64,000 nucleotides of DNA from Dehalococcoidia bacterium (GTDB lineage: Bacteria > Chloroflexota > Dehalococcoidia > Lucifugimonadales > UBA3495). Where the stretch lies: contig OZ247427.1 in the NCBI GenBank assembly GCA_965232815.1, positions 3,609,602 to 3,673,601 of the forward strand, given 5' to 3'. Shown here in pieces: positions 46,472 through 55,252 of this stretch. The first letter of the stretch is position 1. Each line of letters begins with the position of its first letter. A model generated the notes under the pieces. That model was given only the letters and a program-made list of their open reading frames with translations, was not told where the DNA came from and did no database searches. Position numbers and translations under genes: made by a program.

Positions 46472-46921
46472 TTAAGAATCTGCCCTCCAACGCAGCCTTG
46501 CCCCAACCTCTGCAAATCCCGCTCGTCGATAGAACTGGATTTGCCGCTCACCGTGATACGGCGTGCCCAACTCCACCGTATGGCATCCATTTGCCACCGC
46601 GTGGTCCAGCGCGAATCTCAAGACCTCCATGCCAATCCCGGTGCTGCGCCATTCAGGCTCCACGAACATCTCTTGAATAATCGCATACCGGCCCCGCGTG
46701 CGCATCGCCTGCATAAATGAAACTGTGCACACCGCGATGGCCCGTCCCTCCGATTCGCCCAACGCCACAAACCCGGCCTCCGTGCCGTCTGCGAATCTCC
46801 CAAACACCCGGGACATCACGTCGGCGGGTGGCGGTGTCCGTCCCAGCTCGGTGAGCAACCTGCCCACCAGTTCCACAACAGCATCCCGGTCTGCCTCGGC
46901 CGCGATCTTGATGTTCGTCAA
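46472..46921 (-). CDS. GNAT family N-acetyltransferase
   Basis: IQEMFVEPEWRSTGIGMEVLRFALDHAVANGCHTVELGT...FYRRAGF is GNAT motif A. Length 149 aa. Confidence 0.85.
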   Translation of the reverse strand: MTNIKIAAEADRDAVVELVGRLLTELGRTPPPADVMSRVFGRFADGTEAGFVALGESEGRAIAVCTVSFMQAMRTRGRYAIIQEMFVEPEWRSTGIGMEVLRFALDHAVANGCHTVELGTPYHGERQIQFYRRAGFAEVGARLRWRADS

Positions 46922-46987
46922 TCTGTCCTCATCCTTGGCGATGCGAGCGCAATATCAGCCTGAGCCGTCCTACTGAACTCCGGTTCG

Positions 46988-47413
46988 TTATCTCCTGTCC
47001 GTCAGATTGTCACGGATCCGTTCTTCCTGTGCCTCAATCTCAGGAGTCATCACGTCGCCGAAATCCTCCATCTCGTACAGCGGACGAATCTCGATCTCAC
47101 TCGGCCCCGGCATCGGGTTCGGACAGCGTTTCACCCACTCCAGAGCCTCCTCCATGTCCTTCACTTCCCACAGCCAGTAACCGGCAACCAGCTCGCCCAC
47201 CGCCGGGAACGGCCCGTCCACCACAGTTCGGTCAGCTCCGTCGAATCTGACACGGTGGCCTTCCGAAGACGGCTTGAGTCCTTCTCCGGCTAGCATGATG
47301 CCAGCTTCCGCCAACGCCCCGTTGAACGCCATCATTGCCTCCAGGAGTTCCGTCGAAGGCATGAGACCGGCCTCGCTGTCATCCGTCGCTTTCACCAGCA
47401 CCATTACGCGCAT
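46988..47413 (-). CDS. YciI-like (DGPF domain) protein
   Basis: MRVMVLVKAT...VVDGPFPAVGELVAGYWLWEVKDMEEALEWVKRCP. ATG at 47413 is preceded by AGGAGG. The 199-aa ORF in the track is an upstream extension. Confidence 0.8.
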   Translation of the reverse strand: MRVMVLVKATDDSEAGLMPSTELLEAMMAFNGALAEAGIMLAGEGLKPSSEGHRVRFDGADRTVVDGPFPAVGELVAGYWLWEVKDMEEALEWVKRCPNPMPGPSEIEIRPLYEMEDFGDVMTPEIEAQEERIRDNLTDRR

Positions 47414-47614
47414 CGCATTTCCTCCTGATTCCACCAGGCGCAGCCTGAGTGCCTGCCCTTTCGGTACGATATCCGGGCCCGCGATCCGGCGCCGGGCTGC
47501 ATAGCAGGACATTGTACTCAGGGGCCGATTAACGCGGTCCATCCGCCCGAATCCATGAAGCGCATTACTAACATCATCCGCACCCACTTGTATCGGATAG
47601 GCTCTTGACGTTGC

Positions 47615-48021
47615 TCAAAGTTCGTTGCACGCCTCGGCAACATTGGCCTTGTATCCCTCGTGGGTGTCCACTCGTACCGTCAACTCGGGTCCGCCGTCAG
47701 CCTCTCTGAGTTTGTACGTCTCACGGCTGCCCACCCACACACGGCTAATTCACTCTCGGCATCATGGTTCCCCGCGTTGACCACGCCGGCCGACCTCATC
47801 GACCGAATATCCGGCGGCCGGTTCTCCTCGATCAAGCAAATCATGCCGCTGCCGTCCGGGTCCATGGACCGCACGAGGTCAACCATGCGCCAATCTACGC
47901 CATTCCAGCGCCCTGTTACGAAACTCGCCGTCCATTGCCTGAACGTATCGTCATCCGCCAACTGCCGGCAGAACAGGTACTTGGAGGCTATGGCGCTGGC
48001 GTTGAGGCTGAGCGTATCCAT
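47615..48021 (-). pseudogene. Possible frameshifted small gene (SRPBCC-like C-terminus?)
   Basis: The frame of ORF 47680-48189 gives MDTLSLNASAIASKYLFCRQLADDDTFRQW...NHDAESE. A different frame continues ISRVWVGSRETYKLREADGGPELTVRVDTHEGYKANVAEACNEL* down to 47615. The junction is near 47740-47750. Both pieces have coding-like composition. Family assignment is tentative. Confidence 0.3.
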
Positions 48022-48128
48022 CCCAGTGTTGCGCCCTGTACGGCGGCTGGGTGCGCGCCCAATGTCCTCGCCGCGTATCGACGCGGTGGGCCGCCCAACC
48101 CGGATCTCACGTCCGGGAATGCAACGTC

Positions 48129-48204
48129 TGGTGGGCCGTGTGGGGGTCGAACCCACGACACCCGGATTAAAAGTCCGGTGCTCTACCAACTGAGCTAACG
48201 GCCC
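48129..48204 (-). tRNA. tRNA-Lys (TTT)
   Basis: Hand-folded: acceptor GGGCCGT/ACGGCCC, D-arm GCTC-AGTTGGTA-GAGC, anticodon stem CCGGA/TCCGG with loop CTTTTAA, T-arm GTGGG-TTCGACC-CCCAC, encoded CCA. 76 nt. Confidence 0.9.
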
Positions 48205-48293
48205 TCAAAAATGCCGTGCGATCACTCTGCCAAGTATAGCATAGCGACCCGCGTCCCTCGTTCGGCATTTATTCGAAAAGACGCGAAAATGAC

Positions 48294-48322
48294 TTGCCAA
48301 ATATCGGAGTTTCATGGATAAT
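48294..48322 (+). promoter_or_regulatory. Sigma70-like promoter candidate for the 5S rRNA gene
   Basis: TTGCCA - 17 nt - GATAAT, ending about 15 nt before the 5S 5' end. Confidence 0.45.
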
Positions 48323-48336
48323 ACCCACGTTGACTT

Positions 48337-48453
48337 TCTGGTGGTTCAAGCGGGGTGGTCCCACCCGTTCCCATCCCGAACACGGAAGTGAAACGCCCCA
48401 GCGCCCACGATACTGCTCTGGTGACGGAGTGGGAAAATAGGTCACCGCCGGGA
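48337..48453 (+). rRNA. rrf: 5S ribosomal RNA
   Basis: Contains GGTCCCACC..CCCGAAC..GAAGTGAAACGCC..AGCGCC..GAT..GGGAAAATAGG, collinear with bacterial 5S. Helix I pairs ctggtggt with accgccgg. End coordinates are good to a few nt. Confidence 0.9.
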
Positions 48454-48472
48454 AGTAATCAACGGAGTGTGA

Positions 48473-48495
48473 GGGAGCGATTTACAATCGCTCCC
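48473..48495 (+). terminator. Perfect 9-bp hairpin just after 5S (no U-tract)
   Basis: gggagcgat-ttaca-atcgctccc. Confidence 0.45.
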
Positions 48496-48672
48496 CCGTC
48501 CGTATAGAAAAGATTCCGAAAAGGTGCGATGGCCTCCTTGACGGTCGCCTAACTCCTGTTCGGGGCCGACGACAATCACAATCGTCAAACTTTGGGGTGG
48601 GCGTGATGGCGCACCAGGGCACGGCTGATAGCATAAACAAATCGCTATTAGGCTACTGATTTCAATCGTAAA

Positions 48673-48718
48673 GTGGCTGCGCCGGTATTGAATCGGCGAA
48701 ACAGCCGCTTTTATTTTT
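48673..48718 (+). terminator. Rho-independent terminator in the 5S-clpC intergenic region
   Basis: gtggctgcgccg-gtattgaat-cggcg-aaa-cagccgc followed by ttttattttt. Confidence 0.6.
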
Positions 48719-48795
48719 AGCCAAATGCGGTAGAATGACGCTGTCAATGCCACCTAACGGTGCGGCATAGCCCTATCCCAACCCAGGAGAGTCTC

Positions 48796-51270
48796 ATGGG
48801 CAGCAGATTCGAGAAGTTTTCCGAAAGGGCACGCAGGGTCCTGTCCCTCGCCCAGGAAGAAGCGCAGCGGTTCAACCACAACTACATCGGCACCGAGCAC
48901 ATCTTGCTCGGTCTGGTACGGGAGACCGAGGGCGTAGCCGCTCGAGTACTGTCCGGCCTGAATGTTGACCTTACCAAGGTACGCTCGGCCGTCGAATTCA
49001 TTATCGGCCGAGGCGAGCGACCCGCTCAGGGCGAAATCGGCTTGACCCCTCGGGCCAAGAAGGTTGTGGAACTCGCTGTCGACGAAGCTCGACGCATGAA
49101 CCACACCTATATCGGCACCGAGCACCTGCTCATCGGTCTGCTGCGTGAGGGCGAGGGCGTCGCCGCTGGCGTCCTGGAAAGCCTCGGCGTCAACCTTGAA
49201 AAGGTCCGCGCCGAGACCCATCGCATTCTCAGCAACTCCGGTAGCGGCAGCTCAACCAGCTCCCGCTCCAGCACCCGTACGCCCACCCTCGACCAGCTTG
49301 GCGTAGACCTCACCAACGCTGCCTTGGGCGGCAAACTCGACCCCGTCGTAGGTCGCGACACCGAGATCGAGCGCGTCACCCAGATCCTCAGCCGCCGCAC
49401 CAAGAACAATCCGGTTCTGGTCGGAGAGCCCGGCGTCGGTAAGACCGCCATCGTCGAGGCCATGGCCCAGCAGATCTCGTCCGGAGACGTGCCGGAAACC
49501 CTCCAGGGCAAACGCCTGGTCACCCTCGACATGGGCGCGCTCGTCGCCGGCACCAAATATCGAGGCGAATTCGAGGAACGGCTGAAGAAGGTCATCGAGG
49601 AAATCAAGACATCCGGAAACTGTGTCCTGTTCATCGACGAGATCCACACCCTCGTCGGCGCTGGTGCTGCTGAGGGCGCCGTGGACGCGTCCAACATCCT
49701 CAAGCCCTCGCTGGCCCGTGGCGAAATCCAGTGTATCGGGGCCACCACCCTTGACGATTACCGCAAGTACGTGGAACGCGACCCCGCGCTCGAGCGCCGG
49801 CTCCAACCCGTACGCGTTGAAGAACCCGACGCCGACATGACCGTCGACATCCTGCAGGGCGTCAAGGGTCAGTACGAAGAACATCACAATGTGGAGATCA
49901 CCGACGACGCTGTCAAAGCCGCGGCGACGCTCTCCACGCGCTACATCCCCGACCGATTCCTGCCCGACAAGGCCATCGACCTGCTGGACGAAGCCGGTTC
50001 CCGCGTCAGACTCCGGGGCAGCCACGCTCCCCAGGAGGTCAAGGACGCCATGGAAGTCCTTGAGCGTGTCCGAAAGGAAAAAGACGAAGCCATCGCTTCC
50101 CAGCAGTACGAGATCGCCGCAGAACTGCGCGACCGCGAACTGCACCTTTCCGAAAACGTGGGCAACCTCGAACAGGAATGGAAGAACGACCGCAGCAAGG
50201 AACGTACCCAGGTAACCGAAGAAGACATCGCCGAAGTGGTCAGCATGTGGACTGGTATCCCGGTCACCCGCTTGGCCCAGGAAGAGACCCAGCGACTCAT
50301 CTCGATGGAAGAGGAACTGCATAAGCGCATCATCGGTCAGGACGAAGCCATCGTCGGTATATCCAAGGCTGTCCGCCGCGCTCGCGCCGGGCTCAAGGAT
50401 CCGCGACACCCCATCGGAGTGTTCCTGTTCCTCGGACCCACCGGTGTCGGCAAGACCGAACTCGTCAGGGCCATGGCTGAGTTCCTGTTCGGACACGAGG
50501 ACAACATGATCCGCTTGGACATGTCCGAGTTCCAGGAACGTCATACCACCGCCAGGCTCATCGGCGCCCCTCCGGGCTACGTCGGCTACGACGAGGGTGG
50601 TCAACTCACCGAGGGTGTGCGCAAGAAGAATTACTGCGCCATCCTGCTCGACGAGATCGAAAAGGCCCACCCGGAGATCTTCAATATCCTGCTCCAGATT
50701 TTCGATGCTGGACAACTGACCGATGCTCGCGGCCGTCGCGTCGACTTCCGCAACTCCATCATCGTCATGACCAGCAACCTTGGGTCAGACCTGATCAAGC
50801 GCGACACCTCGTTGGGATTCGCAGTCAAGGCCGATGATGCGCAAACCGACCGGCACGCTTACGAGCGCATGAAGGACAAGGTCATGGAGGAAGTCAAACG
50901 CTTCTTCCGCCCTGAGTTCCTCAACCGCTTGGACGCGACCATCGTTTTCCACGCTCTGAGCCAGGAAGAAATCCACCAGATAGTCGACCTCATGATGAAC
51001 ATGGTGCGCGACGAACTGAAGGAACGCGAAATCCACATCGAACTCACCGAAGCCGCTCGCGAACACTTGGGAGCCAACGGGTTCGACCCGGTGTTGGGTG
51101 CTCGACCGCTGCGCCGCCTTATCCAGAACGAAGTCGAAGACAGAATGTCCGATGTGCTTCTAGGCGGAGAGATCTCCGAAGGTGATACCGCCATCGTCGA
51201 CTTGGACGAGGATGGAAAGATCTGCATCAAGGTGCGTAAGGAAGAATTGGCCGCGCTGTCGCCGGCCTAG
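48796..51270 (+). CDS. clpC: ATP-dependent Clp protease ATP-binding subunit ClpC
   Basis: Clp-N repeats ([36 protein letters not shown]), two AAA+ modules ([18 protein letters not shown]) and the UVR-like [13 protein letters not shown] linker. ATG at 48796 has AGGAGA upstream. Confidence 0.95.
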   Translation: MGSRFEKFSERARRVLSLAQEEAQRFNHNYIGTEHILLGLVRETEGVAARVLSGLNVDLTKVRSAVEFIIGRGERPAQGEIGLTPRAKKVVELAVDEARRMNHTYIGTEHLLIGLLREGEGVAAGVLESLGVNLEKVRAETHRILSNSGSGSSTSSRSSTRTPTLDQLGVDLTNAALGGKLDPVVGRDTEIERVTQILSRRTKNNPVLVGEPGVGKTAIVEAMAQQISSGDVPETLQGKRLVTLDMGALVAGTKYRGEFEERLKKVIEEIKTSGNCVLFIDEIHTLVGAGAAEGAVDASNILKPSLARGEIQCIGATTLDDYRKYVERDPALERRLQPVRVEEPDADMTVDILQGVKGQYEEHHNVEITDDAVKAAATLSTRYIPDRFLPDKAIDLLDEAGSRVRLRGSHAPQEVKDAMEVLERVRKEKDEAIASQQYEIAAELRDRELHLSENVGNLEQEWKNDRSKERTQVTEEDIAEVVSMWTGIPVTRLAQEETQRLISMEEELHKRIIGQDEAIVGISKAVRRARAGLKDPRHPIGVFLFLGPTGVGKTELVRAMAEFLFGHEDNMIRLDMSEFQERHTTARLIGAPPGYVGYDEGGQLTEGVRKKNYCAILLDEIEKAHPEIFNILLQIFDAGQLTDARGRRVDFRNSIIVMTSNLGSDLIKRDTSLGFAVKADDAQTDRHAYERMKDKVMEEVKRFFRPEFLNRLDATIVFHALSQEEIHQIVDLMMNMVRDELKEREIHIELTEAAREHLGANGFDPVLGARPLRRLIQNEVEDRMSDVLLGGEISEGDTAIVDLDEDGKICIKVRKEELAALSPA

Positions 51271-51405
51271 CCCGAACCGCCAAATCATGCGGTCCGTACG
51301 ACGGAAAAATCAGGGGGCGTCAATCATGGCGCCCCCAAGTGCTACAATTGTTTGACTATAAAAGACGACTTACGGGATCGGGACCGGCATCATCCTCACG
51401 GCAGA

Positions 51406-51434
51406 TTGACGGGTATCCCTCCCCTCGATAAATT
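51406..51434 (+). promoter_or_regulatory. Sigma70-like promoter candidate upstream of the guaB3-type gene
   Basis: TTGACG - 17 nt - TAAATT, 35 nt before ATG 51470. Pattern match only. Confidence 0.3.
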
Positions 51435-51469
51435 CTCGTAACCTTCCCAGCTGACACCGAGGTGAGACT

Positions 51470-52606
51470 ATGGCTAGGCGTTTGCTCAAGGAATTAGAAA
51501 GGTCGTACGGGTTCGACGAAGTCGCCATCGTTCCGGGCGACGTCACCATAAACCCGGAGATGGCCTCCACTCAGATGAGCATCGGGCCTTTCTCTTTCGA
51601 CGCGCCAGTAATCGCCTCCGCGATGGACGGTTCAGTCTCCCCGCGCTTCGCAACCTTGATGCACGAAATGGGCGGTTTGGGCGCCCTCAACGGCGAGGGC
51701 CTCTACACCCGCTACCATGACCCCTATTCGGTCCTGGAAGAGATCATCTCCATGGACCAGAGCGAGGTCACCGAATATCTCCAGGAGGTCTATAGCGAAC
51801 CCGTCCAGGAAAACCTGATCGGTGAGCGCGTCCAGGAAATCAAGCAGTCCGGCGCCATCGCTGCCATCGCATTCACGCCGCAAACCACCAAGCACCTTTC
51901 CCCTCTTGCCGTCGAAGCCGGTGCGGACATCATCATAGTCCAGTCCACCGTAACTACCGCCCGGCACATGTCGCGCAGTTACCGGGGCCTGATATTCGCC
52001 GAGCTTATCGAGAGCCTGAAAGTTCCCGTCGTCGTCGGCAACTGCGTCAGCTACAACGTCGCCAGCGAACTCATGGAAACCGGTATCGATGCCGTACTCG
52101 TGGGTGTCGGTCCAGGCGCAGCCTGCACCACCCGCGAAGTCACTGGCGTCGGCGTCCCCCAGGTTACGGCCACCCTCGAGTGCGCCGCGGCCCGCGAGGA
52201 CTATTTCGAACGCACGGGGCGCTACGTCAGCATCATTACCGACGGCGGATTGCGCACCGGCGGCGACGTCTGCAAGGCCATGGCCAGCGGCGCGGACGGT
52301 GTCATGTTGGGCACCCCCTTTGCCCAGGCCGCCGAAGCCCCCGGCCGCGGCTATAACTGGGGAATGGCCAACGCTCACCCTGAACTCCCCCGGGGAACCC
52401 GCATCAACGTCGGAACCAAGAGCACTCTCAAACAGTTGATGCACGGACCCAGCAGCGTAACCAACGGCACGCAGAACCTCGTCGGCGCACTGCGCGTCGC
52501 CATGGGCATGTGCGGCGCTCACACCGTGCGCGATTTCCACAAAACCGAAATGGTGGTCGCCCCCGCCATAAAGACCGAGGGCAAACACTACCAGATGATG
52601 GGATAG
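51470..52606 (+). CDS. GuaB3-type IMP dehydrogenase-related protein (no CBS domains)
   Basis: [19 protein letters not shown]...PVIASAMDG...[20 protein letters not shown]...[16 protein letters not shown]. 378 aa and lacks the CBS pair. Confidence 0.85.
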   Translation: MARRLLKELERSYGFDEVAIVPGDVTINPEMASTQMSIGPFSFDAPVIASAMDGSVSPRFATLMHEMGGLGALNGEGLYTRYHDPYSVLEEIISMDQSEVTEYLQEVYSEPVQENLIGERVQEIKQSGAIAAIAFTPQTTKHLSPLAVEAGADIIIVQSTVTTARHMSRSYRGLIFAELIESLKVPVVVGNCVSYNVASELMETGIDAVLVGVGPGAACTTREVTGVGVPQVTATLECAAAREDYFERTGRYVSIITDGGLRTGGDVCKAMASGADGVMLGTPFAQAAEAPGRGYNWGMANAHPELPRGTRINVGTKSTLKQLMHGPSSVTNGTQNLVGALRVAMGMCGAHTVRDFHKTEMVVAPAIKTEGKHYQMMG

Positions 52607-52659
52607 TCTCTGACCCTGAACCCAGGGTACATCCATTGAAATCTGAACGGAGGATAGCG

Positions 52660-53199
52660 ATGACCACAGCGACAATCCAGATACTCGACCCGAGGCCGGA
52701 GCACAAAACTGCAGAGCGCGCCTCCGCAGGGCGGTTGCCGAGCTTGGCCGGAAAGACCATCGGCCTGCTGGAAAACACCAAATTCCATTCCGACAACTTC
52801 TTGCAGGAACTGCAGGTGATCCTCGAAGAGGAATACGCGGTCGAAAAGGTCGTCTACCTCAAGAAGTTCAGCTTCAGCGCTCCCTGCTCCGATGAGACCA
52901 TCGAAGAGCTTGTGGATCAGTGCGATGCGGTGGTGCACGGAATCGCGGATTGAGGAAGCTGCACGGCGTGGGGTCTCCACGACACAGTTATCACCGAAAG
53001 CCGCGGCGTTCCCTCAGTGAGCGTCATCACCGAAAGCTTCACCCGAGCCGCGCACGCGCGTGCGTCCTCGCTGGGCATGCCCACGGTCCAAATCCTGGCG
53101 CTACCCAGCCCACTTGCTCCGCGCTCGATTCCCGAAGTCAGGCAGATGGCCCACGAGTACATCGGGCAGATCGCAGATATGCTCACCAACGGAGCATAG
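52660..53199 (+). CDS. Probable selenoprotein, 'UGSC' motif family (in-frame TGA at 52951-52953 read as Sec)
   Basis: ORF 52660-52953 (...QCDAVVHGIAD) and ORF 53017-53199 share a frame, with no other stop between them. Read-through gives ..HGIAD-U-GSCTAWGLHDTVITESRGVPSVSVITESF..TNGA*, 179 aa. GGAGG RBS lies 6 nt before ATG 52660, and a SECIS-like hairpin starts 8 nt after the TGA. Confidence 0.7.
52959..52987 (+). promoter_or_regulatory. SECIS-like stem-loop
   Basis: ctg-cac-ggcgtgg-GGTCT-ccacgac-a-cag. The apical stem cgtgg/ccacg has loop GGUCU about 21-25 nt after the UGA, a position compatible with bacterial SECIS elements. Confidence 0.5.
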
Positions 53200-53230
53200 C
53201 GCGATCAAACTGGCAGCGAATCCATGTGCC

Positions 53231-53989
53231 ATGACCCTCAGGGTTGTCAACCGGAATGTTCAATGGGCTACGCCTCGGTCGAAGCGTAGCCCTGATATTG
53301 TGAGTAGCATCTCGAATCTCTCACCGGACGTCGTTTGCCTCACGGAAACCAACGAAAACCTTTTGTCCGATTTGGGCGGCCACACCATCTGCTCGAAGCC
53401 AGACTACGGCCACAAGATCGTGAAAGGTCGCCGCAAGGTGATGCTGTGGTCAGCAGAGCCTTGGCGGGACATAGACTGCATCGGCGACTATGATCTGCCA
53501 CCCGGGAGGTTCGTATCCGGGGTAACCAAGACCCCCATCGGCGAAACCATGCTAATCGGGGTGTGCATTCCTTGGTCCGGATCTAGGACACGGCGGTTCA
53601 GCGGGCCTCAACGTCAATGGCAAGACCACGAAGAGTACTTGGACGTGCTGACCACCCTCCTCTCGCGCATAGATGCCTGCAGCGTGGTGGTGTTGGGCGA
53701 TTTCAACCAGGCCATCGGTCAACGCACCAACGTGCCGGTACGGCTGCGGGACAAGTTGCAAGCTGCCTTTTCACCGCGCTTTGACATCCCCACCGCTTTG
53801 CTCAACCACCATGGCAAATCCTGCATCGACCACATCGCCTTGGGCCCCGGCCTTTCGCACGACTCCTTGGACACCATCAGCCATATAGGTTCGTCCGGCC
53901 AACCACTTTCCGACCATTTCGGCGTCACCGCCACCCTTACGACGCAAACCGAGCCAATCTCCAAACATTCGGAAGAGTACGGTAAATGA
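53231..53989 (+). CDS. Endonuclease/exonuclease/phosphatase (EEP) family protein
   Basis: VVCLTETN, VVLGDFNQ, CIDHIAL and LSDHFGV are the EEP catalytic motifs, in order. 252 aa from ATG 53231. Visibly lower GC than its neighbours. Confidence 0.8.
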   Translation: MTLRVVNRNVQWATPRSKRSPDIVSSISNLSPDVVCLTETNENLLSDLGGHTICSKPDYGHKIVKGRRKVMLWSAEPWRDIDCIGDYDLPPGRFVSGVTKTPIGETMLIGVCIPWSGSRTRRFSGPQRQWQDHEEYLDVLTTLLSRIDACSVVVLGDFNQAIGQRTNVPVRLRDKLQAAFSPRFDIPTALLNHHGKSCIDHIALGPGLSHDSLDTISHIGSSGQPLSDHFGVTATLTTQTEPISKHSEEYGK

Positions 53990-55059
53990 CCATCAGCAAC
54001 CGCGCCCTGAGTTCCCGCCGCATCGACGTGCCGGATACCTACGACGCAATACAGGACTACTACGAAGAACAGGGTTGGACCGACGGGATGCCCGTCGTGC
54101 CTGCCACCGAAGAGGCTGTCCGCAGGATGCTCGGCCCGTGGGGCGAGGATCCGTCGCTGTCATTGGGCGTGGCCCAACCATCCAACGCCGAAGTTACCAT
54201 CGAAAAGGTCGCCGTCAACGCGGTGATGGCAGGCTGCCGCCCGGAGTTCTTCCCCGTAGTCGTAGCCTGCGTCCGGGCTGCCTTGCAGGGACCCTTTAAC
54301 CTCGCCGGCTGCCAGGCCACCACCGGCGGCGCCGCTCCCGTCGTAATCGTCAACGGCCCCATCGCCGAACGTCTCGGAATCAACGGCGACTCCGGCGCCT
54401 TCGGGCCCGGCTACCGCGCCAACGCCACCATCGGACGTGCCCTCCGCCTGTTCGTGCGCAACGTTGCTGGCCTCATCATCGGCGATATGGACAAGGCAAC
54501 CCTCGCCATGCCGGGCCGCTACTCCTTCTGTTTCGCCGAAAACGAATCTCGCAGCCCTTGGGAACCCCGGCACGTCGAGTTGGGCTACGATCCCGAGGAC
54601 AGTCTGGTCACCCTGCACTCCATTCGCGCCTTCTACCCCGTCATGGAAACCACCGTCTCCCGCGGCATCGAGGTTCTGAACACCCTGGTACAGGCCACCC
54701 GCGCTACCGGGTTCTCCAACTACTATCAGATCGGCACCGGGGCCCAGGTGACCCTCGTCCTGAGCCCGGAACATGCCGCCGAAATCGCCGCTGATGGGTT
54801 GAGCAAAAAAGACGTACGCGAGTACATCTACGCCAATGCCCGCATGTCCATCGAGGAACTCTCCGGCCTGGGACATTGGGGCAACCGCAACTACCCGGCT
54901 TGGATCGACGACAGCAAACCCGATACCATGGTGCCCATCGCACCGCAGGCCGATGATATTGTCGTCGTCGTTGCCGGGGGCGACGGGCGCCATTCCGCCT
55001 GGCTGGCCGGCTGGGGCGTGACCCGCGTCGTTACCCAAAAGATAGAAATCCCCGGGTAA
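53986..55059 (+). CDS. Conserved hypothetical protein (357 aa)
   Basis: Start overlaps the EEP stop (ATGA). Non-repetitive, with motifs YYEEQGWTDGMPVVPATEE, AVNAVMAGCRPEF and NLAGCQATTGGAAPVVIVNGP. No family name recalled. Confidence 0.7.
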   Translation: MTISNRALSSRRIDVPDTYDAIQDYYEEQGWTDGMPVVPATEEAVRRMLGPWGEDPSLSLGVAQPSNAEVTIEKVAVNAVMAGCRPEFFPVVVACVRAALQGPFNLAGCQATTGGAAPVVIVNGPIAERLGINGDSGAFGPGYRANATIGRALRLFVRNVAGLIIGDMDKATLAMPGRYSFCFAENESRSPWEPRHVELGYDPEDSLVTLHSIRAFYPVMETTVSRGIEVLNTLVQATRATGFSNYYQIGTGAQVTLVLSPEHAAEIAADGLSKKDVREYIYANARMSIEELSGLGHWGNRNYPAWIDDSKPDTMVPIAPQADDIVVVVAGGDGRHSAWLAGWGVTRVVTQKIEIPG

Positions 55060-55252
55060 CCCCGCGAAACCCGCATGCAACTGCACGGACCCGGCCCCAA
55101 TATGGGGCCGGGTTCGCCCATTTAACGGCGGATTCTCGCGTCGATTGGTGCGCCAGTATTTGGGTCCTTTCTTGGCGGTTAACGTCGCCGGCTGCTATCA
55201 TTTACTGGCCAGATCGGCCCCCATAAAAACCCGAAATTTAGGTTACAACATC

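Noticed and set aside
48022-48189. N-terminal 56 codons of ORF 47680-48189.
   Set aside because: This part overlaps the tRNA-Lys gene (48129-48204) on the same strand and reads as Arg/Gly/Pro-rich filler. Only the part from Met at 48021 looks protein-like.
55145-55252. Upstream extension of dnaE used by the ORF track. Similar extensions occur at 8715-8909, 20240-20452, 23934-24146, 37878-38117 and 59430-59516.
   Set aside because: In each case the homologous N-terminus begins at an internal start that has a good RBS or stop/start coupling. The extensions have non-coding-like composition or overlap neighbouring features.
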